DNA of 64,000 nt from Eledone cirrhosa (lineage: Eukaryota): assembly GCA_964016885.1 (NCBI GenBank), contig OZ024745.1, forward strand, positions 32,860,001 through 32,924,000, in the 5' to 3' direction. Each line of letters begins with the position of its first letter. The stretch's first letter is position 1. The notes beneath the pieces are model-generated. The model worked only from the letters and a program-made list of their open reading frames with translations, was not told where the DNA came from and did not search any database. Made by a program: the position numbers and the translations under genes. Below are positions 30,213 through 44,269 of the stretch, in pieces.

Positions 30213-30216
<4 letters not shown>
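30011..30216. repeat. Fold-back inverted repeat (~88-bp arms) embedded in (TA)n
   Basis: taggtaatttactattttacgttcgtaaac... pairs with ...gtttacgaacgtaaaatagtaaattaccta. Confidence 0.9.
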
Positions 30217-30247
<31 letters not shown>

Positions 30248-30899
30248 CTTCATTGTACTGTGTCGTTTGCGTTGTTATTTCTGATTACTGTTTACATACA
30301 TACATATATAAATAAAGAGTCGGAACCCGAGAGTTCAGCTCTTGCCGTTTCAACAACTAGTTATATATATAAAATAAAACAATAGAATTTACAAACGATA
30401 AAAGAAATATGCGGGAATAATCCAGTCTAATAAAAGATAACACACACCTATCTATTTGACCATTTCCAAAACCTCTGTACTAACAATTTACGTTGAACTG
30501 TAAAATATACTGGTAAGATGACATTACTTTTCCTTATTCAGATGTTACCAATTTTTCACTTCAATATAATTGTAAATATTATTGAATATTGAGGGTATCT
30601 GTATAACATAAGCATTCCGTAATACGTTTGATCTCTATATAATGGATTTTTTTTTTGTTTTTACAAGAACATTTTTATTAAATAATATATATATATACGT
30701 AAATAACATTAAAAATTGCTCACAATTTCATCAGAATAACATTACAAATATAATGTCGTTGATAAACACAAATATAAACGCATATAACAAATACAACCAA
30801 CCGTCGCCAGGAACCTCACAAGAACAACGCACGAAAACCACATGATCAGAGCGAGAGAAAGAAAAAAGGTGGGGGGGGGGGGTCGACGCGACTATTAAT

Positions 30900-31930
30900 T
30901 TACCATCAAGTGCGACAATCGGCCGCATATCATAAGGGTCAGTGGAACACTTTCAAGCAAGCCACAACACTCGCAACATTACCGCGGGTGATGGCGAGGC
31001 TAAGGCGCTAAAACAACCAGGCACCCTCACGAGCATCACCTGACACCTCAGTAAGGCGAGCCGCCAGCAATAACAAGAACTTTGCTGTCAACGGCCCAAC
31101 TTCTCCAAACGTCTCGAACGCCACAGGCTGGGAAAATAATTATTAGATAAATCCAGGTATTTTCCAATTTTATTCCGTTCGGAAGCAGTGACACCCACAT
31201 TTTCCGCAGCATCCGTGATGTGGGAGGGAGCAAAAGCGTCACTGACTGGCGTCCCAGATGACAAACGGTAAGGCCGTCTAGTCTCTTCCCACCACTTCTG
31301 GATAATCTAGCCGCCTTTAGAACTAAGGGGATATTTGCCTGAACCAGGGTCTCTTTAATGATCAGGTTTAGCTCGGTGTGGTGGGAGAAACGACCAGCAT
31401 TCAGGCAGCAGCGTAGGTCTGTGAAATCGAGGGACATCACACAGACATCGGCTCCTACTCGAATTGCAATGGAGATGCGGAGCTCGTCCTAACTAAGAAG
31501 ACCACCAATATTGGCCTCTGGCAGGGCATCAATCCAGTCCCCCGAGAACTTTGCTTGCAGAAAATAAGTGGCACCTAGAAAATTGACCAGAGTGATTAAA
31601 GAGAGAGTTAAAAGTTTCCCTCGAACGCAGATTGTCCCATACTCTCTGCTTCGTCTATCCTCATCAGTAACGGGAACTGATAAACCCAGCACTCTCCACT
31701 GTAGTAAAGCTTTATCCATCTCACTGGTGGAACTAGTCCATGTTGGAAAGAGGAGCAAGCATGAATGAAGGAAAGAAAGCAAGGTGGAGACAAAGATAGG
31801 CATTTGCGCAGACCGAGATCTCTAAACCGTTTGGGCAAGGCAGCTTGGTCGCGGGACTCTGGAGAGAGTCGGACATTGACCAGACCCTCAAGCTCACCGA
31901 AGGTCATCAAAGCGTTGGAGAGACGACAAG
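30900..31930 (-). mobile_element. CRE-like non-LTR retrotransposon relic (C-terminal Zn-knuckle/restriction-like endonuclease region)
   Basis: QAALPKRFRDLGLR, CCLNAGRFSHHTELNLIIK and GKRLDGLT (cf. RPDG) motifs, with frameshifts. Confidence 0.8.
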
Positions 31931-32143
31931 AATTTATAAGAGGGACTAACAGTTATCCGTGTTTATGCTCGGCTTGTACTCAGAAATGTTGTAGAATATA
32001 TTTTTATTAACTTTCATAATGCCTACATAATTCAATCTCAGATAAAAATACATGCATATAATCAATTATTACTAGGGCCCTTATAAATATAATACACAAA
32101 AATATACAATTAAAGCGAAAAAGAAAACAAACATCAATTCAAC

Positions 32144-32600
32144 ACCAAGTGCGTCAATCGGTCACACACCACAAGTGTCAACGGAACTTTTTGAGGCAAA
32201 CCAACACGCTCGCAGCATTACCGTAGGTGATGGCGAGGTTAGGGCGTTGAAACAACCAAATACCCTCACGAGTATCACCTGATACCTCGGTAATGCGAGC
32301 CGCTAATGATGACAAGAACTTCGCTGTCAAGGGCCCAGCTCTACCAGCCGTCTCGAACGCCACATGCTGGAAGAAATGGTTCACCGACTAGTCCCGGTTC
32401 TTCATAATTTTATTCCGTTCGGCTACAGAAGTGGTGACCCTCACATTTACCGCAGCATCCAGGATATGGGAGGGAGCAAAAGAGTCACTGACTGTCGTGT
32501 CCCATATCAGACACCTTCCTCTTACAAAGAGATAAAGGGTAAGACCATCTGGTTTCTTCCCATCAATTCTGGATAATCCATTCGGCTCCAGAACTGAGTA
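32144..32600 (-). mobile_element. CRE-like retroelement 3' relic
   Basis: FQHVAFETAGRAGP...REGIWLFQRPNLAITYGNAASVL. Confidence 0.8.
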
Positions 32601-34136
32601 AATGTTATTGAATATTGAGGGTATTTGTATAACCTCAGCATTCCGTAATACGTTTGATCTCTATAATGCAAGTTGTCTGTGTGTATGCGTGGCTTGAACT
32701 CAGAAATTAAAAAGCGAATACCCCCGATACTATATTTTATTTGTAGGTCACCGAACAGATTGTGCTAACATTTATTTTGATGTCATATCAATTAAATTTC
32801 GATTGTTTGTCTACGTATTCATATTGTAAAATCAGGCGATTTAGTCTTGAAGTAAAAAAAGAAAGAAAAGGGAACGCATATAAAAACAGAGACTAGACAG
32901 ATGTATATTGATTGATCAGATGGTTTTACCTTTTGTCTCTGGGTAAGAGGTAGATGTCTCATTTAACCACTGGGTAGTCCCATCGACCTTTATGGGTCAA
33001 TGTCACCACTTGGGGAGCCTGGCCTAAATTCTTAAAATACTTTATTCAAAAGTTTTCCAACGCAAGGGAGACAACTCATAGTTGTTACATTTACATACGT
33101 GAACCCCAACTATCCAGTAATGTGTTGCATATTGTTTTTAATAAATTCCGTACTTGGAATTTTGAACTTAGCTCACAGACCACCAGGTTGACTTGAATGG
33201 TATTTTCTGGAGAAAAAAAATATAGAGAAATGTAGAATTGTTAGATCAGACGTGTAAATTAGGTATCCATGGCAGTGTGATTAAGGAGTTCGCTAACAAT
33301 CCTGCAGTCCGGTCCAGCCCTTGCATGCCATCCCACCAATAGCCTCTGGCTGACCAATTACTTGAGATTGAAACCTGGCAGAGGGAAACCGCGGAGAGAC
33401 TGTGTGTTTACTCTTTTAGCATTTCAATAAAGAAATATCGATATGAATCACTTACAATAAAATTTCGCCGCAGATAGATTAACAAAATTTAATAAGCGGG
33501 GATGGGGACGATTATTCAAAACCTTAAAGTACATATTGGGCGGTATCTAAGAAAAACCAAAACAGGCTATGAAAGGGAACAGAAAATGAAGAAAAAAAAA
33601 AAAAAAAAAAAGAAAGAAGGATCTGTCAAATTAACAGTTTGTTTTAACATATGTAGAGAAATGTAATCCATTTGTTTGAAACAATAAAAATAAAAGATAC
33701 TTTCTTGAAAAAGTAATGTTTTCATAAAACTAATTTTTTTTACTACATTTCATTTTAGATTTCGTATGATGTTGTTAAATTGTGAGGTAGAAGTAAATTA
33801 TCTTGAAAACTGAAAAATTTGATATCTTGAAGTTTACAATAATCACCAATATATAATTAACGAAGTTTATGAAAATGTTGAGATTCAGTAAAGGAAATGA
33901 AATAGGTACTTCTGAAATTCTTGAGAAAAAGCATTGATTGAGTGGCAATTCTAGTCCAAAGTGCTAATTACCAATAATGGTATCTAATGAAATGATAATT
34001 ATTCCAAAAGAATATAATGAAGTATTAATTAATGAGAAAAAATATAAAAGAAGTGAAAAATAAACCAGCTGATAGTGAATATTGTGAAACACACATTAAT
34101 AACAGAATGTAACTTTTAGGACATTTGGGAACTTTG

Positions 34137-35460
34137 TACAAAGGAAAGTCAAAAATCATCTGCACTTGTATGCTAAAAGGTGGCACTCTTGTGGTTATAT
34201 AACCGAAATTTGACTTAGATTTCTCCAGTTTTCTATCTTGTGTTAGAGAGTAAACATGGCTGCTCTGCTGGCAGTGTGCACAAGAGAGATCAGTGATCTG
34301 ATTTCTCTGGTCTGAAGGTGTGTCAGGGGCTGAAATTCATCACAAGCTTTCAGTACAATATGGGGGAAGCACTCTACCGTGTAGAAGTGTGAATGAGTGA
34401 ATTGAGAAGTTTAAAAATGACTGGACAAGCGTGGAGCAGGACGCCCATCAACTGCCACCATTGAGATGAAGATTCAACAAGCTCAAGAGATGGTTCTGGT
34501 GAACCAGCATGCGATCATCGATGAGAAGGCATATTCTCTGCAAATAAGTCATGGTTCTGCTTACTTAATCATCAATGACAAGCTTCGCTTCCATAAAGTC
34601 TGCAAGATGGGTGCCAAGAGAGCTTACTGAAGTACATAAGTGCAATTGTGTGTGGATCTGTCAATGCTTACTGAGCCACAACAATGACGAGGGTGAAGCG
34701 TTTTTGGAGAGAATAGTCACAGGAGATGAGACTTGGGCCCATCACTTTGAGCCAGAATCTAAAAGGCAGAGTATGGAGTGGAACCACCCAGGATTACCTA
34801 CAAAAAAGAAATTCACGACTCAACCTTCTGCAGAAAAATTATGCTAACCATTTTGGGGGAGACAAAGGGCCTATATTGGAACATCATCAAGCCAAAATCA
34901 GTTCTGTATGAGCAGAACATGAGCCTGACCTGGCATTGCCTACAACATCGTCTAACCCATGCTGGCGTAGAGGAATGGACGTAAAACGGTGATGATGATG
35001 ATACCTGGAAAAGGGGGGTCCACAGTCACCAATGTAGGCTTTAGTGGAATGCTGGCCAACACACCGAAACCAGCAATTCAAACTAAATGCCAAGATCTAT
35101 TGTCAAAGCAAGTGTTATTGTTGCACAACAATACACATCCATGTACAGCTGCCCACACCATTGAAAAGTTCGGTTTTGAGTTGCTGGACTACCCTGCATA
35201 CAGTCCAGATCTTGCTCCTTCTGACCATCGCCTCTTTTGACTGCTCAAACATCATTTACAAGGTCATTGATTTGCTACAGACAAAGAAGTACAAGAAGTG
35301 GTACATAAATGGTTGCATGACCAGCCAAAACCCTTCTCTGATGGAATAAGCAAGCTTGTGGATCACTGGAAGAAGTGCATTGAAAAGCAAGGAGACTATG
35401 TTGAAAAATGATGTAATTGTTCAACACCTGCTTATATTTTAATAAATTACAAAAACAAAT
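34137..35460 (+). mobile_element. mariner transposon relic containing a SINE-tail insertion (~34888-35001); boundaries approximate
   Basis: ARWVPREL, RIVTGDETW, LLLHNN and PAYSPDLAPSD motifs; many stops. Confidence 0.9.
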
Positions 35461-35559
35461 GTATATAATTTTCTTGCATTTATTTAGAAAGTCTCGGTTT
35501 GGATAAATATTGTATTTTACAAGACATAGAACATGCATGTGTTTTATTCACTACTTGCA

Positions 35560-36720
35560 TAAAAAATATTCATGTAGCTACTTATATAAGTTTGCTAGAA
35601 AACACGTTCTATCCTAAGGATATTGGCGTACAGCTAGAGGCAAAGGGCAACCAAGCTACCTTAAAGCTAATATCCTTCGTCTTATTGTAGACCTTTGTAA
35701 CTATCATCTTGCCTTCTATTTCAATAGTGACATCTAAATAATTAACCTTGCTAACATCACATCCATTCCTATTCACCTCTAAACTCTTTGAGTAAATCTT
35801 GTGTACCAAACCCTCAAAATGCCTATAATTAGGAACAAATATATCATTGATACACCCACAACATCCACGCAAATGCCTAATTAGACCTATTCTCTTCTAG
35901 GTAGTCAAACTCACAGGAGGATAAATATAAATCCGCCAGGAGCAAGCTACAATTCCTGCCCATTGGTATGCCTCTTACCTGCCTGAAAACATTACCCACG
36001 AATCTAATGTATCCACTCTTTGTCCAATTAGTAGGAGATGACGAAGGACCGTGACAAGTGGGGAGATGCTGTGCTGAATAGGACCCGTCCAACCCTTGCA
36101 AGCAGGGAAAAGCGGACGTAAAATGATGATGATGATTGTAGCTTACTCTAGACATGAAGTCCTTGCCATTCTTGAAGGAAGCATACTTGAATTTATTACT
36201 GAAAATCAAGTGATTTATACTACCCACTCCTTTTTAAACTAAATCCAGCTCCAAACTAGTATAAAAGGTGGAAAAATCACATACATGCATAGTTATTATC
36301 TAATTTGAAAAATCATTCCACTATTTGCACTACAATATCTATCAAAAGCCTCTTTAACTACTACTACAGCTTTATTAACTAAAATAGCTACTTGTCTATT
36401 TATGCACTTTTGAGCTCTGGCTATAGATCTACACCTAAATGGTGTTTTGTGCAACATGGCTATCTAGAGGACTCTGGGAACATACATATTCTCCTCCTTC
36501 AACTGGCAACCACTCAGATCCTCTACTTCACACATAAGTTTTACTATCAGCTGATTAATATACCCTGGACTCAGCTTGTATGTTCCATTACCACTAGAGT
36601 TATAACATCACATCCTAACAACCTAGCTAAAACCTACAGGTAGTATTTTTTGCACATTATAACAAAATTACCTGCTGCTTTATCCACAGGCACTATGATA
36701 TACATATTGCAAAACCCATT
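35560..36720 (-). mobile_element. Penelope-like RT relic, interrupted by an RTE 3' end (~36035-36136, +)
   Basis: DFSTFYT, FRQVRGIPMG..CS.LLADLYL, IND and YLDVTI...TKVYNK motifs. Confidence 0.8.
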
Positions 36721-36760
36721 AACGTTTCAAAGACTTTTCGGCCCCTATCTTCAGAATCAG
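36716..36760 (-). ncRNA. Hammerhead-like motif at the 5' side of the PLE RT relic; a more degenerate sibling lies at ~38160-38210
   Basis: Minus strand ATT-CTGAAGA-TAGGGGC-CGAAAA-GTCTTT-GAAACGTTA-AAT; both copies share the flank cagaatggtcatac.agtgac. Confidence 0.5.
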
Positions 36761-37399
36761 AATGGTCATACTAGTGACATCTGGTGATGTGCCATACTAC
36801 ACATGACCCACCTTCCATGCACACAGGATGAAACAAACATGGAGAGGATGATAGTTTGAATCAATCTCCTTCGTATACCTTCCACCATCTTAATACTCAT
36901 CGCCACTCCCTCATTATCTAAGTACTTATCACCATAGTACTTCCCATCTTCCCCTCATCTAAATATCTCACCTTAGACTTCCACCATCCCTACCTTGCAC
37001 ACCAACAACTCTCTCAATCATAGAAAGTTAGCTCATCCATCCATAGCCCAGCCCAACCCATATCAACACACAAAAATAGACGTCCACATGCAACCCATGC
37101 CAACATGGACACACCCAACTTGTACCATGATAAAATGCCTAGATGGGGTTGAGAAGGGCAACCAGACCTGGAGGTCATGCCAAAACAAAAATGGAATGTA
37201 TGTACTAGGTATAGTCTCCTATTCAGCCTTGTCTATTTATCTACATATCTGTCTATATATCTATTTATATATATATCTGTCTATCCACCTATCTATTTAT
37301 TTATGTACATATCTGTCGATCTGTCTACCTACCTACTTATTTGTCTATCTGATTGTCTTCCTATCTATCTATAGCACCTGATTCTTTTATTCAAATACC

Positions 37400-37742
37400 A
37401 CTTTGGAAGAAGAATCAGGATGGAGAGAGAGGTGCTGTACCCCAGCAAGTTTTATGAAAGGTGGGTGAAAGTGGCAAGAATGGCCCGAGTGAATGGGCCT
37501 TCTCTCTATATCAGCCTGTAGGTTGAGGAAAAGGAGGAGGAGAGGAAGGGAGTACAAACTCTTCGTACTCCTGGAGATGAGGGTTGCACATTTTTTCGGG
37601 AGTATGTGTGATCCATATGAACTGTCTCCCCCTATTGGGGAAAATCGACTAATTTTTAAATTGCATTTGTGATATTTTACACGTTTTTATTGTATGTAAA
37701 CTTCCTCCTTTGTATTTGTGCCCCTGTGGCTAATAAAGAAAC
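37400..37742 (+). mobile_element. Probable L1/Tx1-like LINE 3' end
   Basis: RIRMEREVL..SKFYERW-like terminal peptide, then a T-rich 3' UTR ending aataaaga. Confidence 0.4.
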
Positions 37743-38624
37743 ATATCTATCTATACCACTTTATGCATATTTACCGATATATCTATCTTCGAACAAGAAC
37801 AACCAAGCACAAATCCCAATAACAGTTCAAATATAGATAGAACAAAGTCATCATAATTTAATGGATATGTTTGGTAATAATTAAAGAAAATTATTGTAAT
37901 TGTTTTAAGTGAATGTTAAATAAAATACAGTGATGGCCAAAATGACAAGATGCAGAAGGCAAATGAAAACTCGGGGATTAAAGCATTTTACATACAATAA
38001 AAAAAAACAAGTAATATGCTAATATATATATATATATACGAAAAATCCTTAATAAAAAAATTATCAAAATGAAGCACAGTCATGTTTATAGTATTACGTA
38101 TTTTCTTATTAGTTATTTATGCTTAATTTGGAACAGTAGCGTCCCTAAATCCTTATGTGTATTAACGCTTCGAAGCCCTTTCGGCTGCATCTTCAAAACC
38201 AGAATGGTCATACAAGTGACGTTTGGTCACGTGTATAGCAATGGACGTAAAGGGTAATGGAAATGGTTGGAGATCGTGGACGCCCGATTTAAATTTTCTC
38301 AATAGTTGAATACACACATGGATTTAACAACGTTACAGCACAAAGAACTAATAAGGAAATACGAAAATCCTTAATAAAAATGATATAACTGAAGCACAGT
38401 TGTGTTTTTAATATAAATTATTGAGGAAAAAAATGGAATAGTGATTGTTGGCAAGTCCATCATAAGTCTACTCATTCGTGAATGACGAGTGCTAAATAGT
38501 AGCTATAGCAGTTGTAAAATGTCTTGTATATATTACAAAATAATTGTATTACGTTTCGATTCGATTTTGAAAACTAAGTTCCATTTCATTTAGGTTATCC
38601 ATTCCGTTATTTGTATGAACAGCT

Positions 38625-38727
38625 CCTACCGGAAGCTGATGGCGAGGCTCACAAATGTTTTGTTTCTTACGAGAATTTGTCCCATTAACTATCGACGACT
38701 AACATTCCTGCCGCTTTCCTTTCCTTT
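38625..38727 (+). promoter_or_regulatory. GTF2E1: Probable promoter-proximal region and non-coding exon 1 of GTF2E1
   Basis: ETS-like CCGGAAG, YY1-like GATGGCG and a strong donor GTAAGT at 38728; acceptor at 40272-40273 lies before the ATG. Confidence 0.55.
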
Positions 38728-38914
38728 GTAAGTTTATTTTGATTGTATTTCACTAACCATTAATCCGCAACAATAACTCTATTCAACCGTTCATTACACA
38801 TCGCAGTTTGTATTCTGTTTCTCTATATATTAATATTCCCTTGCAAACTTAACAAACATCACCAAAGTTTATCATAGCATTCATCCCTTCTCTCTTTCTC
38901 AACACACACACGTG

Positions 38915-38970
<56 letters not shown>

Positions 38971-39211
38971 CACACAGTTGTTTAACGCCAGGTGAAATCT
39001 GACCGTGTAGATTTATGATCAGAGGTGTTCCATTCCTCACTATTCTGGACTACATTATCCAATGTGTTCTTTCATAGTATGATTCGAGGGATATTCAGCT
39101 ACTGTTTCTAGCCATTCAAGCGCCCACGTAAAGTCTTTGTTGATTCATTAAGCCAGAGCCTATTCCTTTCATGAAGTTAATCTAAGCACATGTATTTAAG
39201 TACAAGTTATG

Positions 39212-39246
<35 letters not shown>

Positions 39247-39856
39247 GTACAGATCATTATACTGCGCTGATGCTGGGGCACCATCTTGCAGTGAATCATA
39301 TCAGCTCTGGTACTTATTCTAACTAACTGGGTTTTTTTTGTAGAACTGCTAACACGTATGTGTATGTTTCCGTCTCCAAATTCCTCTGACAAGCCATTTG
39401 CCAACCTTTGGTTATAGTGGAAGACACTTTGCCCAAAGTAAGGCAAAGTAGGACTGAACCTTGAACATCAGAGTTTCGAAACGAACTCCTTAACCCCGCA
39501 GTTATGCCTGCACCTATATATATTTTTTTTAAATGTCTTCTTTAATTGGCAGTCATGAGGATTTTTACCCAGTGTAAGATTGTATTGGTCAGCAGTAACT
39601 TTTATGTGATGCAACTGTGGAGAATATATTTGTGTCACCTGTTTGAACACCACCACCTGATCATTGAGTGCCCTTAGCAATGTCAACTCTGTTGCAAGCA
39701 GTTGAACCAGATCTCTAGATTAAAGAGACCTCCCTCTCTTCACCACCCTCAGAGGCCCTAAACAAAGGGTCACAGATGTTTCTTCCTACCATTCTCAGAA
39801 TCCCTGTTAAAGTATCACAGACATTGTCATTCCTCCTGTGACTTAGATTAACGTAG

Positions 39857-40050
39857 AGTGCCACAATAAAATACACAGTACCCTCTGTAAAGTGCTAGTG
39901 CCACAATAAAATACACACAGTACCCTCTGTAAAGTGCTAGTGCCACAATAAAATACACACAGTACCCTCTGTAAAGTGCTAGTGCCACAATAAAATACAC
40001 ACAGTACAGTCTGTAAAGTGATCAAATGCACCCAGTACCCTCTGTAAAGT
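39857..40050. repeat. 42-bp minisatellite (~4 copies) grown from a SINE internal segment
   Basis: Unit gtgccacaataaaatacacacagtaccctctgtaaagtgcta, running into a SINE body. Confidence 0.85.
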
Positions 40051-40294
40051 GGTTAGCATTAAGAAGGACATCCAGCTATAGAAACCACACCAAAATATGG
40101 AATATTTGAGCAAAATAGTTCTTCAGTCTGTCTAATTTTAGCTCATGACAACTTGTGCAACCCATGCCAGTAGGGAAAACATAAAATGATGATTTAATTT
40201 CTAATTCATTAAAATTATACTTTGATTTTTTAAAAACAATTTAACTAATATTTGTGTTTTGTGTCTTTTCAAGAATTTCAAAATTTGCTGAAAC

Positions 40295-40941
40295 ATGGAA
40301 CCAGAATTATTACATGAGGTCCCAGAATCCTTGAAAAGATTGGTCCGTCTCATAGTCCGTGGTTTCTACAGTATAGAACATGCCATAATTTTAGATCTCT
40401 TAGTGCGGCATCCTTGCATGAAGGAAGACGACATCATAGATTTGTTAAAATTTGAACGTAAACAACTCCGTTCCATGTTGAATACCCTGAAAATGGACAA
40501 AATTGTTAAAGTGCGCATGAGGGTTGAGACTGATTCTGAGGGTCACACCACTCGACATAACTACTATTTCATCAACTATAAGGTTTTTGTCAATGTTGTC
40601 AAATATAAACTGGACCATGTTCGACGAAAGATTGAGGCAGCTGAGCGTCAGAGCACAAGTCGGTCATCTTTCAAGTGTAACAACTGTCTGAAGACCTACA
40701 CTGACCTGGAGGCAGGTCAACTATTTGATTCTTTTACTGGTTTGTTGATGTGTATGATTTGTAATGTGGAGGTGGAGGAAGATGAAAGTGCAATACCCAA
40801 ACAGGATGCACGGACAATGTTAGCAAAATTTAATGAACAGATCCAACCAATATATGATTTGTTGAAAGAATGTGAAGATGTGAGGCTTGCTCCAGAGATT
40901 CTTGAACCAGAGCCTGTGGATATGAAATCTATCACACAAAA
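40295..40941 (+). CDS. GTF2E1: General transcription factor IIE subunit alpha, coding exon 1
   Basis: [37 protein letters not shown], zinc ribbon CNNC...[19 protein letters not shown]; donor GTATGT at 40942 (phase 2). Confidence 0.97.
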
Positions 40942-42269
40942 GTATGTAAATCTCTCTCTCCACTTCTTTTTCCTCTGCCATCATTTAACATCTGTTCTTC
41001 CATTTTGCATGAATCAGATAAATTGTTATAGGGAGGTTGTCAGTACTTAATCAGAGCTACTGTCCTTGACGGGTAGAGAAGCACATTCTGCTTACATACA
41101 TTCTTGTTTTGGCATGGTTTCTATATCAGTTATCACCAACCATTTTATAGCATCAGCATTAGTGATGTCATTTCCTTGGCACAACTGAAGAGTCCTCTTA
41201 ACCTTTTGTTTGGCTAGATATCCTCATTATTGAGTGTATTGGCTGTATTTTATGATGTCATCAGCACTAGGGAGGTTGTCATGTCCTAGACACAGCTGAA
41301 GAGTCCTCTCAATCGCTTGTTTGGCATGCTTTCTATGTTGAAATACCCTTTTTAACACCAAACACTTTCCAATGTGTGCTGGGTGTATTTTTAGATGACA
41401 CAACTGAAAATCCTCTCAACCCTCTTTGTTTGACATGGTTTTTATGGCTAGATACCTTTCTTAACCCCAACCATTTTAAACAGTGAACTGGGTGTATTTT
41501 ACCATAACTATAGTAGAAGACATTTCCCCAAGCTGCCACACAGTGGGACTAAACCTGAAACTATGTAATTGAAATTACATACAACATACCTGTATATATA
41601 TTTCTAGCTATAGTTTATTCTCACTCAGTAGAGTTGTCTTTTTTAGCCTTAAATTAGAGATAATTCTGTTCTGTTGATAAATATCATGGTAGATAATTAT
41701 GGTTTCTGATTTAGGCACACAGCAAACAATTTTGGGGATTAAATCGATCCCATTGCATTACTGGTGCTTTATTTTATTGACCCATGAAGGACAAAAGGCA
41801 AAGTTGACCTCAGTGGGATTTTGAATTCAGAACATAAAGGGCCATAACTATATGCTGCAAATCATATTGTCCAACACTGGTAATCCCTACTTCGGTAGAT
41901 TATAATAATAATTGTTTCTACTTTTGGAACAAGGCCAGCAATTACCCAGTGCATTACTGGTACTTTATTTTATTGAGTTAACCTCGGCGGGATTTGAACT
42001 CAGAATGGCAAGGGCCGTAACTCTATGCATCAAATAGAATAACAATAGTGTGACCTTGTGATACACTTAACCCATTCTTTCACACTCCATGTGTACAATG
42101 ATCTTTGTCAATATAAACATTAACCGTGGCATTTTTTTAAGAGACTCTCTCCACTATTTTTCTGTCATTAATTTTCTTCTTATCACAGCAAAATAAAATA
42201 GGTTTTAACTACAAGACCAATGATAGGAAGATCATTCATTTATTTTAAATGGGTAATTTAAAACTATGG

Positions 42270-42445
42270 GGGAAATGATGGAGAGCTTGAAGGGCTTATA
42301 GGTATGGAATTTGGAATGGATAGGAGTGTAAAAGCTACATTTAAAAGGGGAAAGTTAGTAAAAAGGGAATCAGTCATGCTAGATAGAGACAGAGTAATCT
42401 AAGACCTAGATCAGGAAGGAGTTTACAAGTACCTAGGGGTTAATG
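42270..42445 (+). mobile_element. R4/Dong-like RT fragment (intronic)
   Basis: IGMEFGMDR.VKATFKRGKL...DLDQEGVYKYLGV. Confidence 0.55.
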
Positions 42446-42985
42446 GAGACATGTAGGAGCAGTACTGTAATGTGGTTTAGGATGTCTATGTCACAACAGC
42501 AAAACTGTCCCAGATGTAGGAGCAGCACTGTAGTGTGGTCTAGGGTGTTTGTGTCTACGTAACAACAGCAACACTGTCCCAGATATGTGAGTAGTACTGT
42601 AATGTGTATATATATATATATATTATTTCCGTTTTTTATTACTGACTACCTTTTATTTTCTGTGTCTATACTTGTGATCCTGTCTCTATTTTTTGTACTC
42701 CTGAAGAAGCGCTAAAACCTGACACGTCAAACTTCCTTTCCCCTTTTCCATATAAAGCTTGAAACTAATAAAACTTGTCTCTCTGTATGTCATTTCCTTG
42801 AACTATATATATAAAAACAGTCCTTTATGAGTGAGACATGGTCACCTGACCCAACTTGCCTCAAATGGGACAACCCCATCTAACCCATGCTAGCATGGAA
42901 GATAGACGTTAAATGACGACGATGATGATGATGTATATATATATATGTGTATGTATGTTTATTTATATATATCTGTCACCTACAG

Positions 42986-43184
42986 ATCCCAGAAGTCTGG
43001 CGGCAAGACTGATAAATCAGTGTGGAGTGGTGATGCCACAAAGAACATCAACTTTGGTTATGAGGAAAATACAGTGACAATCACAGTGTCAGATGAAACA
43101 AACCAGAGAGAAACAAAACCTGTGAAGGAACAACCAGTGTGGATGAAGGAGAGCACCATTGAAAAAGTATCAGTTCTCAATAAG
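42986..43184 (+). CDS. GTF2E1: TFIIE-alpha coding exon 2
   Basis: Acceptor tacag, donor GTAAGA, phase-compatible; WSGDATKN and KEQPVWMKEST motifs. Confidence 0.92.
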
Positions 43185-43684
43185 GTAAGAATTAATGAAT
43201 TCTTTGAGCTTTCATTGGCAGATTTGTTCTGACTCTTTACATTCTGAACTCAACTTTGCCTTTCATCCTACTGGGGTTGATAAAGTAAATTACCAGTCAA
43301 ATGCTGGAGTCTCCAGTAGAAACAATTATTATTAATGTTATCTACAACATACTGTCAGCAATGATTAGGTAGAATAGTTAGAGCCAATATTTTGCAATGT
43401 TTAGTTTTTATGCCTGTTTTTCCATGTACAGTCCATCTGACAGGCCTCCATACAGTTTCCACGTGTCTAATTTCACTCATAAGACATAGGTCGATCCAAG
43501 ATTATGGTAAAAGATGCCATACAGTGGGACCAAACCTTGAATCTCATGTAAAGCAAACTTTTTAACGACTTGCTCACTTCTACTAAATTTCACACATCAT
43601 ATATACATTATAAGCAAGATGGGATCTTTCTGACTGTAATGACCTGCATAACCCATGCTAGAATGGAAAGCAGACATAAAATAA

Positions 43685-43715
<31 letters not shown>

Positions 43716-44269
43716 CACACACACACACATATATATGATGAGCTTCTGCAGTTTGCATTTACCAAATTTTACTTACAAGGCATTGGTAATCCTGAAGCTA
43801 TAGGAGAAGACACTAAGATGCCACACAGTAGGACTGAACCTGAAACCTTGTGGTTGTGAAGCGAACTCCTTAACCACATAGCTATGGAAATGAAAAAAAT
43901 TAAATTTACAGCTCTCACCTATGTAGGTCTAGCTGACCTCCTATGAGGTTATTGTTGAAAGTTTCTAGGCTGCTTTAATGATAAGTATCCACCTCTATCA
44001 TTTTGTTGTTACAGCTATCACTTATGTAGGCTGGCCTTCTTTGAGATAAAATCTTCTAAGATGTTTCTCAGGTGTTTAAATGATAGAGGCTTCAGTCCTT
44101 TCATTTTGTATTACAGCTCACATCCATGTAGGTTTGGCTGACCTCCTATGAAGTTACATTTCATAGGAGGTTTCTTGGGTGCTTTAAATGATAGTGTCCC
44201 CACTCCTCTCATAACCACACAGCTATGCTTCCATATTTTGAGTGATTGTGTTCCATGTTTGTTTTTCAG

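Noticed and set aside
40942-41050. C-terminal 35 aa of the 251-aa ORF
   Set aside because: Read-through into an intron; a phase-compatible GT donor at 40942 joins the next exon.
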